Below are positions 1-9,454 of a DNA stretch of 64,000 bases, one piece after another. The stretch lies in IMG/VR virus record IMGVR_UViG_3300011008_000002; one strand, 5' to 3'. Under the pieces are notes generated by a model. It was not told the origin of the DNA and made no database searches. It saw only the letters and a list, made by a program, of their open reading frames with translations. Within the stretch, counting starts at the first letter, position 1; each line of letters begins with the position of its first letter. Source of the DNA: a virus. Taxonomy: Duplodnaviria > Caudoviricetes. The translations under genes were made by a program, and so were the position numbers.

Positions 1-1
1 C

Positions 2-1399
2 AGGTCGAACTATAGGGTGTTCAATAACGGAAGATTGTTACTTCCTATCGAATACTATATCAATACATCTGAAAGATATGGAAAGAAAGACTTCTTTAGA
101 ACAAGTTGTCTTCTTAGGGAAGGTGATAGGTTTACAATCGACCATGTCCCTGCTCAATTCCGTGCTGTGTATTTTCAGCGTACGATTGACGAAGAAAACA
201 ATAGAGGTTTCGTAGACCTTGATGGAAAAATAGCATTACCTATATCTCTTAAGTGGTATGATATCTATGTAAATGGTCAGAAACTAAATAAGAAGAACAT
301 TGAGATTATCTCTCCGACTAAGTTTTATATTCAGGGAGTAGATTCTCGTATCAATCTTCTGATTGTTGTGAAAAACCGTGACACTGAAATATTCCATCTC
401 CCTTACTATGAGTCATCATTTGATGCTCCTGTCCAAGTGGATTGGAACAATACAATCATTGATGAATTGATGGACGATATTGCAGGACTGAAGAAGATTA
501 TTGATGAAACAAAGCAACCGCTTCCTGATAATACTCCTGATATTGCTGAAAGTGTTGCTCTTAACATTGATGCACTTGTATTCTTCTTCGAATACTTCAT
601 GTATACGTTCATTAACGCTAACAAGAGGCAAATCACACAAGAAATTAAGGAGGCGTTCCCGTCACTCTTATTAGATTATGGGATTATGCCAATCGACAGC
701 AATGATGGATGTATAGATAGTAACGCAATAGGCGGATACTTAGTTAAATCCATTGATTGTAATATTAAGAAGGGAGAAAAAGATATGTTTTCAGATGCCA
801 ATATTGACTATAGTGGCGTAGGTGCATTACAAGACAGATTCGCAATGCGTCCTCTGAATACGGATAACTACAAGTATGCTCTCCGTGAAGAGTTTATGAC
901 TGATCCGAATACAGCGGAACCTGCTATTGTAAATGCAGACGGAACTGTTACGTCAATTAGCACCACTGTACGTCTAAAGCACCATATCGAAGACTTTAAC
1001 AGCAAAGTCATAACGTATGGTATGGGAAGAGCTGATATTTATCAGATTACTTTCGATGATGAATACAAGACAAATGTCTATACACCTGGAGAAAATTTGC
1101 TGACTGAAACTATCGTGATACCTGACAGGATAGGGAGACTCTGTCTTAGCATTGATGCAACTTTCTTGTCTCAAGACGGGGAATGCAAGATGCTTAAGCT
1201 TGCAGACATTGATCCTACTATCACGATTAATTATACAGCAGATGGTGTGCAGAAAACAATCACTTGCAAGCTCACAAGGCTTAGCGAGAATATGATTGAA
1301 GAAAACAACAGGATAGTCTCGTTAGATAGCATTACCATAACTGAAATTCCTGAAACAGTGAAAAAGTCCTTTGTTCACTCACTGTTACTGGCATACTAA
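2..1399 (+). CDS. C-terminal part of a large virion structural (tail/baseplate-type) protein, 5'-truncated by the window
   Basis: Frame is open from the window edge; beta-rich composition; first of a run of co-oriented structural-looking genes. Confidence 0.5.
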   Translation, partial: RSNYRVFNNGRLLLPIEYYINTSERYGKKDFFRTSCLLREGDRFTIDHVPAQFRAVYFQRTIDEENNRGFVDLDGKIALPISLKWYDIYVNGQKLNKKNIEIISPTKFYIQGVDSRINLLIVVKNRDTEIFHLPYYESSFDAPVQVDWNNTIIDELMDDIAGLKKIIDETKQPLPDNTPDIAESVALNIDALVFFFEYFMYTFINANKRQITQEIKEAFPSLLLDYGIMPIDSNDGCIDSNAIGGYLVKSIDCNIKKGEKDMFSDANIDYSGVGALQDRFAMRPLNTDNYKYALREEFMTDPNTAEPAIVNADGTVTSISTTVRLKHHIEDFNSKVITYGMGRADIYQITFDDEYKTNVYTPGENLLTETIVIPDRIGRLCLSIDATFLSQDGECKMLKLADIDPTITINYTADGVQKTITCKLTRLSENMIEENNRIVSLDSITITEIPETVKKSFVHSLLLAY

Positions 1400-1422
1400 A
1401 AGAAAGGTGGTGAATAAAAGTT

Positions 1423-3786
1423 ATGAGACTTATACAAGTTCGTGACAATAAAAACCGCCCGATAAATAATCTGGATGTAATGGTCGGTGCCTTGTTTGGT
1501 GACAAGGTACCGAAGGAATTTATACCAGATAAATACTACAAGGCGGGAGAGCGAGTTTATGCTCTCGACTCAAATGGTAATTTGAATGTCTGGTCCTGCA
1601 ATATAAGCGGGAAATTTAAGTCTTGCAAAGAACCTAATTTCTCTGAATGGTCTCTAAATTCCATTATTGAGAATGCAAGACGTACAACAGTCACAACAGG
1701 AGAACCGATAAATGCAGTTATGTATGAGTGTAAATCAGCGGTTTCTCCAAGAGATGAGTATATGGAGTATGATGGTAGAGCTCATTTTGATACGACCGTC
1801 AATGACTTCAGCTTAAATGATTATACAGGAGAAGGAGATATTATAGATGTATATCTCCGTAGGGAACATTCTGACCACTATCTTAGAAAGGAAGATTACA
1901 GGTTCGTTGGAAAGAAACTCAGTGTTGCTCTTCCTCTTGAGGATATGACAGATGAATCAAATGCAGGTACTATCTTCTTACCTGCTGGTAGAGAAGTCAC
2001 CGATATTGGACAGGAAAAGTATTGGTATGGCGAAAATGGTAAAGTCAAAACCGTTGCTGATCAAAACATCAACGGAGTACAGGTAACGGACTTTGATATT
2101 CTTGAAACATTGGGTAAATCCATTGAGTATGGGTATAAGATTGGTAACTTGAATATCGTATCCGTACATACGGTAACTGGTTCTCCTATGAACCATACTC
2201 TGGAAGATGATATCTATCGTCTTGATGAATTCGAGATTGGAAATCATGCTGCAATCGGTAATGATACAGAAGGAGATATCCAGAGTGTTACGGTACACGT
2301 TGACATTGAACCTGAAAGAGGTATATGGGATGAATTGACTGTAACTTATTCTAAGGAAACTCAACTCGTCTCTATGCAATCTTTGAACGGGTATATTCAG
2401 CAGGTTAAGTTCAATGTAACTATGAAGAAGGATAAACCTCTCAGTATATTTATGATTGGAAGTAAAGCAATCAGCCCTATGGCTAGGTTTATCAAAGTTC
2501 TTGATGATTACGGTGAAGTTGTTGAGCATAACTCGGAGAAATTGATAAAAATACCGAGGTTTGAATTACTCAGGTATAATAGCTTTGAGTTTGAGTTGTA
2601 CGTAGATAGAGTATTCCGCAGTGATTATGAAGAAGTGGCGGACGAAGATACTGGTGAAATCTATATCAGGATGCTTAATACAAATACCATCGACTGGGAC
2701 AACACGACGTTCTTGTTCCATATCTTCTACTGTGTAACTCAATCGGCAGCTATCATCAAAACCCATGACCAGAAGAAAGTTGAAACCGAGAGAGATGCCT
2801 TCAGGTTGATGCTTACATCCTCGTTCGTAAACAAATTCCAGTGGATGAAGATGAGGGAAGACTCCAAATTGGTACCACCGGAATATGCAGTTGGAAGTAA
2901 GAATACTGCGAATATCACGAATATGGATCATTATCTGAGTATCGGTCAAACTCTAAAGGCTGATATATTCAGTATGGTTTTCAAAGATGACATTACACGT
3001 AGGGTTGGGAGTACTACTGATATTTGTAACTCAGAGTCGTATCCCATCCTTGCAGATACAAAGGAGTTTGTAATTCCTTTCTTGGATTACGATTCGGGTT
3101 TTGATGACTTCCTTATTTTTAAGGCAGGTGGCGTGCTTCTTAGTTCATCTAAGTGGTACTTAAATGGAAACTATGTGAATATGTATGTCCACGAAAATCC
3201 CTTAAGGGATGGAGATTATCTTGATTTCCGTCTGTTGGATAGGGATGAGACAGTAAGAGTGGATAATTACTTCTTCGATGTTGATACAATCAATAATTGT
3301 ATCAATACTGGAGTTGATTTACAGACGGCAGCGTTCTATTTGTTATTCACTACAAGTGGTGAGTATATAAGCTCATCCAAGTACACAGTTGAAAATGGAG
3401 TTATTACATTTAAGAATGAAGGATCTGATTGCGATCAACCTTACGAACCATATGACGGAGCGAGGGTTGAATTAGTGGTTGGTATCTATAAGCATTCTTA
3501 TAGTAAGACTCTTTATAAGATGATTCAGATTGAAGCAACTGACGAAGGTCAGAGGGAATTCTATCTGGATGAGTCGATTGAATACAACCCTGACTCAGAC
3601 AACTTACTGATTTTCAGAAAAGATGGATTGTACATCGGTGAACGGTTCTATCATACAGATGCAACCAACGGCAAAATCGTCATTGACAAAGGTTCTGGCG
3701 TTCCGCTTGGTAGTTATATTGACATCTTACTGATAAGAAATATGTCAATTAGGGTAACACCTGATACGGAAACGGAGGAACAGTGA
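1423..3786 (+). CDS. putative virion structural protein
   Basis: 787-aa ORF with AAAGGTGG RBS; repeated beta-rich modules (F..G..I....Y) typical of jumbo-phage tail/baseplate proteins. Confidence 0.5.
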   Translation: MRLIQVRDNKNRPINNLDVMVGALFGDKVPKEFIPDKYYKAGERVYALDSNGNLNVWSCNISGKFKSCKEPNFSEWSLNSIIENARRTTVTTGEPINAVMYECKSAVSPRDEYMEYDGRAHFDTTVNDFSLNDYTGEGDIIDVYLRREHSDHYLRKEDYRFVGKKLSVALPLEDMTDESNAGTIFLPAGREVTDIGQEKYWYGENGKVKTVADQNINGVQVTDFDILETLGKSIEYGYKIGNLNIVSVHTVTGSPMNHTLEDDIYRLDEFEIGNHAAIGNDTEGDIQSVTVHVDIEPERGIWDELTVTYSKETQLVSMQSLNGYIQQVKFNVTMKKDKPLSIFMIGSKAISPMARFIKVLDDYGEVVEHNSEKLIKIPRFELLRYNSFEFELYVDRVFRSDYEEVADEDTGEIYIRMLNTNTIDWDNTTFLFHIFYCVTQSAAIIKTHDQKKVETERDAFRLMLTSSFVNKFQWMKMREDSKLVPPEYAVGSKNTANITNMDHYLSIGQTLKADIFSMVFKDDITRRVGSTTDICNSESYPILADTKEFVIPFLDYDSGFDDFLIFKAGGVLLSSSKWYLNGNYVNMYVHENPLRDGDYLDFRLLDRDETVRVDNYFFDVDTINNCINTGVDLQTAAFYLLFTTSGEYISSSKYTVENGVITFKNEGSDCDQPYEPYDGARVELVVGIYKHSYSKTLYKMIQIEATDEGQREFYLDESIEYNPDSDNLLIFRKDGLYIGERFYHTDATNGKIVIDKGSGVPLGSYIDILLIRNMSIRVTPDTETEEQ

Positions 3787-3787
3787 G

Positions 3788-4423
3788 ATGACATTTATTG
3801 AAAAAATAAAATGGTTGTTTTCTGGTGATAATAAAAAAAGTACTAAGGTTGGGGGGTTTGCGGGAAACCGCACCCCTTATACCCAAGATGGTAATGTACA
3901 AGAATTTACAGAAGAAGAATTTATCAATACTTTGATGAAGCACCCTATATTCTCAGAGTTAAGGGAATGGACTGATTATCGTACAAAAATACTATCCATC
4001 AAAGATCCAATAAAACGGAATATGGCTAAATACTATCTTGGGATACTGTTTCGTGAACTTCAGAATGCAGTAAAAAAGATAGTTGTAGATCATGATACGT
4101 ATTTAGACGATTCCATCGCTCTAAATAATTTACTAATCGACACGATCAACGACGTGAGTAAAACCGCACTTGCAGGTGGAGTTCCGGAGATATTTCTGGA
4201 TAAGTTCAACCATTATTTGTATACGCAGACAAAGATCTTGGATTCAACATATCGGGATCTTGACAAGTTTGAGTATTATAATACAAATATTGCAAGAGCG
4301 ACAGTGAGGCTTGACTTGGAGTTCTTAACGATTAGGAACATCACTTCAGAAGTAGAATCTGTTATAGACGACATGAATGGTGAGTTGCGGTCAGCGTTGG
4401 AAGGATCGGTGTTCGATAACTAA
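3788..4423 (+). CDS. hypothetical protein
   Basis: 211-aa ORF with GGAGG RBS, starting 1 nt after the upstream stop. Confidence 0.6.
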   Translation: MTFIEKIKWLFSGDNKKSTKVGGFAGNRTPYTQDGNVQEFTEEEFINTLMKHPIFSELREWTDYRTKILSIKDPIKRNMAKYYLGILFRELQNAVKKIVVDHDTYLDDSIALNNLLIDTINDVSKTALAGGVPEIFLDKFNHYLYTQTKILDSTYRDLDKFEYYNTNIARATVRLDLEFLTIRNITSEVESVIDDMNGELRSALEGSVFDN

Positions 4424-4444
4424 AATAAAGGAGGGATATAAAAT

Positions 4445-4975
4445 ATGCAGTTATTATATCAACTCTTTACGAGTTATCATTACACACCAGTTGTTGTCGC
4501 AACTGCTGCACCAGTTTCAGAATTTGCTTCATTGATAGCTGATTTTGGAATACAAATAGTAATTGTTGCAATGATGATGTTTTTCATGTGGAAGTATATG
4601 AATAACTTAATCAAACGCGACAATAAGCTATACGAAGAGATTATTCCAAGACTTACTACTATAGAAAAATCCATAAAAGAAATGGATACCAGTGTAAGTC
4701 AACTAATTAGTAATCATAATGCTCATACGAATCAATCCATTAAAGCAATGGAGAAGGATTTGGATGATATTAGAGATATGACTTTGAGAGACCAGGATCA
4801 ACTTAGAAACATTTCTGGACAGTTGACTGTTCTTGAAGGAAATATTGAAGTATTGTTCCACAACATCATCGCTTTGAGTGCTAATAACTCATCAATGATT
4901 CGTATGAATAGAAGCTACGAAAATAGTCCTATAGTGATTAACTCAGATACGGAACAAAACGATGATGAAAAATAG
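4445..4975 (+). CDS. putative holin-like membrane protein (one TM helix plus coiled coil)
   Basis: AAGGAGG RBS; hydrophobic segment FGIQIVIVAMMMFFMW followed by a long heptad coiled coil, as in BhlA/UviB-type holins. Confidence 0.4.
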   Translation: MQLLYQLFTSYHYTPVVVATAAPVSEFASLIADFGIQIVIVAMMMFFMWKYMNNLIKRDNKLYEEIIPRLTTIEKSIKEMDTSVSQLISNHNAHTNQSIKAMEKDLDDIRDMTLRDQDQLRNISGQLTVLEGNIEVLFHNIIALSANNSSMIRMNRSYENSPIVINSDTEQNDDEK

Positions 4976-4976
4976 A

Positions 4977-5033
4977 ATACAAAAAATGAAAAGAGAATAG
5001 GTGAAGTGATTTCACCTATTCTCTCCTGTTTTG
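4977..5033. terminator. bidirectional intrinsic terminator
   Basis: AGAGAATAGGTGAA/TTCACCTATTCTCT hairpin between convergent genes; TTTTTTGTAT tail on the minus strand. Confidence 0.8.
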
Positions 5034-5633
5034 TTATCTAAGAACTACAGTGGTGTATTTTTCTGTAAGCTTACCATAATGCTTCACTATGTATCTATTA
5101 TCGTTCCATCTGTCTTTCCAAAACTCATAGAACTCAACGTTCATATTATAAAGTTCAATTTTATTCTCAAGCTCGACCCTTCCAATCTCCATAGTGAGTA
5201 AAGCGTTTAAGACGTTATCATCTATTTTTATCTCAGGATGGTTTTCAAGGAAAGCATAGATACGTATAAGACCAGAAGCTTTATCTCTAATGAACGTATC
5301 ATCATCTGGGAATATGGAATTGAACGTTTCTATAGTGATTTGGTCGTTAGTCTTTTCACAAGCCTTCTTCACAGCTTTGTATAAATCAACTGACCTCTCA
5401 TACTGAAGTTCGTGGATATCAGAAACCATTTGAATTTCATCGTCAAGGAATCTAGTAATTTCGCTAATTCTTTGAGATGTCACCTCGTATTCATCTTCAT
5501 TACTTCGTTTTGATTCATTTCCAACAACAATTAACACCAGTCCAACAAACGCGGCTACCAATACTATCACTGTAGCCATGTACATCCTAAAACTTACGTA
5601 CCTTCTGTCTCTTCTCTTATAGAATAAACTCAT
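5034..5633 (-). CDS. LemA-like membrane protein
   Basis: N-terminal TM helix; ENHPEIKIDDNVL...ELENKIELYNMNVEFY resembles the LemA core (ENYPELKA...YN..V..Y). Confidence 0.5.
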   Translation of the reverse strand: MSLFYKRRDRRYVSFRMYMATVIVLVAAFVGLVLIVVGNESKRSNEDEYEVTSQRISEITRFLDDEIQMVSDIHELQYERSVDLYKAVKKACEKTNDQITIETFNSIFPDDDTFIRDKASGLIRIYAFLENHPEIKIDDNVLNALLTMEIGRVELENKIELYNMNVEFYEFWKDRWNDNRYIVKHYGKLTEKYTTVVLR

Positions 5634-5682
5634 GATAATTTCCTCCTTTATGATATTTGCTCAATGAGCTACAACATTAATG

Positions 5683-5869
5683 TAAATGTAGAAATGATTT
5701 ACGACCATCGTCGTGTAAAAAGCTTAGGTGATTTGCTGCCAGAATTCTTTTCAAAATACGTGCGCTTAGTACACGTGTCCTCCGAATGAAATGTACATAA
5801 ATTGACGAACACGACGATAATACTAGAACCTACGCGGGTTGCTGCCCTGCGTAGGTTCATTCTGTTTTG
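5683..5869 (+). ncRNA. candidate small structured RNA
   Basis: AACA-N6-TA promoter at 5673-5684; 10-bp closing stem 5707-5716/5809-5818; terminator hairpin 5826-5858 with a + strand G-U pair; no RBS-led ORF. Confidence 0.4.
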
Positions 5870-5872
5870 CAC

Positions 5873-7369
5873 TTAGATATTCAGATAAGCATACATTCCG
5901 GCAATACCATCTTTGAACGGTGCAGTGTCCATATCATAAAGACCATCATTATGTGATATAAACATATTGCTCCGTGGGTTATTGTTCTTGTAATACTCTT
6001 CACCAATCTTCCCAATCTTATGACAGAATATATTCTCGATATCACCATCGAAATCCGCATTCTGTTTGTTTAGTACATAAGTCGGAAGACCCATACAATA
6101 ATCCGTGATGTCACTCGATATCTTAGCAACGTACATCGTAATATACGAACCAAGATTGATAGACGGATTTCTGTCAATACTGACGTACAATTTATTATGT
6201 GTCATCAAATGCTGCATAAGTTTATAGATGCGCTCGCTATACACGACTGATGCTTCAGATAACATATCCCAAGCATAAGGATAATCCTTCTGATACAAGT
6301 CATGTATCATCGCAACGAGTTCCATTTTATACAGTTCCAAGAAGGTTGTATATCCAAGCCCTATCTGGTCTGCTCTTAACTCAGGGTCTGGTACGATAAC
6401 ATTTCGTCCAGTATAATTAAGACGACCACCGAGAATCTGTTCATTGATAATACCTTCTTTCCTTTTGATTGTCTGAAACGACATATCCCAAAGTTGATTG
6501 ACATAACTCTGGATACGATATAGGATGTTCTCTTTACGTAAATACGCTGTATCCTTCTTACGGTTTGTTCTATAATCAACTCGCCGTTTCCATTCAAAAT
6601 CATCATTCAACAACATATGATCGCTAAATAACTTCTGGAAGATTTTATCTTCATCGGAATATTTAATATCTCCATTCCGAACCATCCATTTCCTTAGCAT
6701 CATATTATAACACGGGATAGAATGTATGAAGATTTCTTCCTCGTGTATCCTAAAGAATTCATACCCATCAACTTTCCTACTTCTCTTATTGTAGAATTCA
6801 AGTATCTCTCTAAACCTCTCCCTGAATTCAATCATTCCAATCCCATAGAACGGAGAGGTCTTATTATCCATATACTTCTCACGTTCTTTCTCAGGAACGT
6901 AATGTAGCATCTGATGCAAATGGGCATTGCCGAAATACCAACCAAGCTTCAAGAACATTGCAGGATTGATTATTTCGTTCCTATCAAGAATAAACCAGCC
7001 TGTCTTCATAATTTTCGTATCAATGAACCTCACTGGTTTTCCACACTTCGGACAAACCGTTTCAGAGTCCATATATCTACGTCCTATCAGGTTTCCACAC
7101 TTGCACGAAAACCTATCTTCGAATGCATTTTCATCCTTCCAATCTGTACCATACAATGGAGAATGAATTGAATAAAGTCCAGGTTCCAAATCTAAGTCAG
7201 TTTTACCTCTTTCTGTAATTCGGAACCCTACTCCTGTAGTTATCTCATCCTTGCATCTGGAGTCCCAATCTGATATAATAATCCTAAATCTTGGATTACA
7301 GATTGTTGCCCCATCTGATGTATACTTGTGTGGATGATCAATTCTTTCACCTGACAAATATAAAGGCAT
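5873..7369 (-). CDS. RNA polymerase beta'-like subunit, N-terminal/catalytic part (probable non-virion RNAP)
   Basis: Zn finger CKCG...CPKC, GGRLNYTGRNVIVPDP, RNPS and catalytic NADFDGD; AAGGAG RBS before ATG 7369; TATATTAA motif upstream. Confidence 0.9.
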   Translation of the reverse strand: MPLYLSGERIDHPHKYTSDGATICNPRFRIIISDWDSRCKDEITTGVGFRITERGKTDLDLEPGLYSIHSPLYGTDWKDENAFEDRFSCKCGNLIGRRYMDSETVCPKCGKPVRFIDTKIMKTGWFILDRNEIINPAMFLKLGWYFGNAHLHQMLHYVPEKEREKYMDNKTSPFYGIGMIEFRERFREILEFYNKRSRKVDGYEFFRIHEEEIFIHSIPCYNMMLRKWMVRNGDIKYSDEDKIFQKLFSDHMLLNDDFEWKRRVDYRTNRKKDTAYLRKENILYRIQSYVNQLWDMSFQTIKRKEGIINEQILGGRLNYTGRNVIVPDPELRADQIGLGYTTFLELYKMELVAMIHDLYQKDYPYAWDMLSEASVVYSERIYKLMQHLMTHNKLYVSIDRNPSINLGSYITMYVAKISSDITDYCMGLPTYVLNKQNADFDGDIENIFCHKIGKIGEEYYKNNNPRSNMFISHNDGLYDMDTAPFKDGIAGMYAYLNI

Positions 7370-7624
7370 ATCTATTACTCCTTTCTTTTCCATGTAAGCT
7401 TTATTAAGAATGTCTAAAGCTTCTTACGTTTTAATATATAAACATAAAAAATATAATAAAATGAATTGGTATTAACAAAGGAGTGCGGAGTGGTGTGGGA
7501 ATAGCCTAGCTCCATTATAGTTTGATCTTTTCATTTATATTGGTGGATTATTTCTATTCATCTAGGTATCTAATATATAAATGAAAGTCGGTTCATATAT
7601 TTTTTTACAATACGAACAATTAGT

Positions 7625-7733
7625 TAATGGATTGGGTATACGGGTTTTCATCTTTCATCATTCTTTCTACCATACCTTTACTTGTAACGATAGAAGTTAG
7701 TAGGAGCGTCCTGCTAACTTCTTCGCTTTGTAT
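7625..7733 (+). ncRNA. candidate small RNA with a pyrimidine-rich loop
   Basis: ACAA-N5-TAA promoter at 7616-7627; terminator hairpin 7692-7722 with a + strand G-U pair; no ORF. Confidence 0.4.
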
Positions 7734-7737
7734 ATAA

Positions 7738-7775
7738 GAAAAATCCATTTCGCAGCTATTTTATTACTATATTAA
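7738..7775 (+). promoter_or_regulatory. 38-bp repeated putative early promoter, copy 1
   Basis: GAAAAATCCATTTCGCAGCTATTTTATTACTATATTAA; 33/38 identical to the reverse complement of 27931-27968 and 29/38 identical to 45890-45927. Confidence 0.7.
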
Positions 7776-7828
7776 TTCTGTAGATATAAAGAAACTATCA
7801 ACAACTTTAATACCAAAGGAGGTTCATT

Positions 7829-8071
7829 ATGAACATCATTAAAATCAACAACCACGACGTTACCATCAGCAAGAGCAACGATGGATCCGTTATCATCAAG
7901 TCGGCTAACATGAAGCCGATAATCTTCAAGAAGGATGATATAGACAACGAGCTTATCCTTATGGATGAGATGATGGTTGGTGGCGATACTCCGGTTGCCG
8001 CGAGTGTCGTCAAGGTAGGTGAGCATGTTGATATCACGATATATCAGAGGGCAGCTTCAATGACCCTTTGA
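7829..8071 (+). CDS. small early protein (80 aa)
   Basis: AAAGGAGG RBS; has its own promoter repeat and terminator. Confidence 0.75.
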   Translation: MNIIKINNHDVTISKSNDGSVIIKSANMKPIIFKKDDIDNELILMDEMMVGGDTPVAASVVKVGEHVDITIYQRAASMTL

Positions 8072-8078
8072 CACGATG

Positions 8079-8123
8079 AGAACCAGTGGGAGACATCCGT
8101 TTCCCACTGGTTCTTTTTTGTAT
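8079..8123 (+). terminator. intrinsic terminator
   Basis: AGAACCAGTGGGA/TCCCACTGGTTCT hairpin followed by TTTTTTGTAT. Confidence 0.85.
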
Positions 8124-8128
8124 CTGTT

Positions 8129-9385
8129 TTATGTGAACAAGTCCTCTGATTTCAGAGTAAAAGTTCTGACTGTACTATCGTGCGACTTCTTCATCTTTGC
8201 ACGAAGCATCGAATTAGAAACACGCCCGAATGTTAATCCGGGATATTTGATACCTAGTAGATAGTATCTATCCCCTGCACATCGGTTGCATAATTTTTTA
8301 CCAATGCAATAATCAGGAAGACGCATTTCTACAGTCTTATTGAGATATTCTGACTGATTATCCGGTTCTAATCGGACGTATTTGTTTGGTCCTACTTTGA
8401 TGAATTGATACATATAATAGTGCATGATACCCTTGGTAAGGGTAACAGTTGCACATAACCCAGTACCGCAATCTGTACCTTTATCATCAAGAACCACATC
8501 CTGAAATCCGGCAGCCAGCTTCTTTGTTGTATATCCACTTTCTCCAGTACCAATCGCTTTCGGATAGAAACCAGATACAACGGCATTAGCCAGAGAGGGG
8601 ATATTTTCTTTCGGGATACCCTCATAGAGAGATTGTGTAACAATCTCGAATTCTCCTTTATGGGCATTCCAGATTGGTCCTTTTGTACACAACCATTGCC
8701 TATAAGCATTGTCGAATGAACCTCTTGCACCCGATGAATAAAGCTCATACGCAGGATCATCCTTTAGTTCTTCTTCAGCAACCCGAACTAACTCGTCTTG
8801 TATATGTTTGTACGTGATTGCGTCATTGTTTTCAATTGCATCCTTATTTTCCGCAATCAATTGTTTCTTACGAGCCATTACTTTAGGAAGAGGTTTCGCT
8901 GTTCTAATTGATAGAGATGAACATATCTGAGTATTAACGGTGAATGCCAACCAACAAAGTCTGTTCATATATTCTATGTATTTCTTTGTAGTGGTATCCG
9001 TTTCATCCAACATAATTGCTGTAGCAATCATCTCATCAATTTTTTTGAGACCTTTCTTGGTAATCTCGAAGTTCACGTATCCTACTTCCTTTTGGAAATA
9101 CGGCTCTATCAAGAATTTATTGAAAATTAATAACCCACAGTTAGTGGTTATCTTTTCAGAATTGAAGTAATCACCCTTTTCCAAAACTATTTCATCAAAA
9201 GTATTGAACTTTGATGGAATAATCTTTGGTTCCTGAACTCCGGTTTTAGGGTCTTTCTTCATATTGTTCGGGTCTACTTTGTCTGTAAAAAGACTATCAA
9301 ACAATGTCTGCGTAATATCATCAGGTTTAAGGCTCAAAAACATTGCTTTTTCTTCAGCAGTTATGGTACGCTTTTTTCTCGTCAT
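8129..9385 (-). CDS. RNA polymerase beta'-like subunit, C-terminal part
   Basis: SGARG, bridge-helix-like GTGESGYTTKKL, DCGT and C...CNRCAG zinc motifs of the beta' C-terminal half. Confidence 0.85.
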   Translation of the reverse strand: MTRKKRTITAEEKAMFLSLKPDDITQTLFDSLFTDKVDPNNMKKDPKTGVQEPKIIPSKFNTFDEIVLEKGDYFNSEKITTNCGLLIFNKFLIEPYFQKEVGYVNFEITKKGLKKIDEMIATAIMLDETDTTTKKYIEYMNRLCWLAFTVNTQICSSLSIRTAKPLPKVMARKKQLIAENKDAIENNDAITYKHIQDELVRVAEEELKDDPAYELYSSGARGSFDNAYRQWLCTKGPIWNAHKGEFEIVTQSLYEGIPKENIPSLANAVVSGFYPKAIGTGESGYTTKKLAAGFQDVVLDDKGTDCGTGLCATVTLTKGIMHYYMYQFIKVGPNKYVRLEPDNQSEYLNKTVEMRLPDYCIGKKLCNRCAGDRYYLLGIKYPGLTFGRVSNSMLRAKMKKSHDSTVRTFTLKSEDLFT

Positions 9386-9454
9386 TTATTTCTCACCGCC
9401 TTATTTTCACATGCTATATCACCACCCTTAGTCAATATCAATACGTAATAAAAA

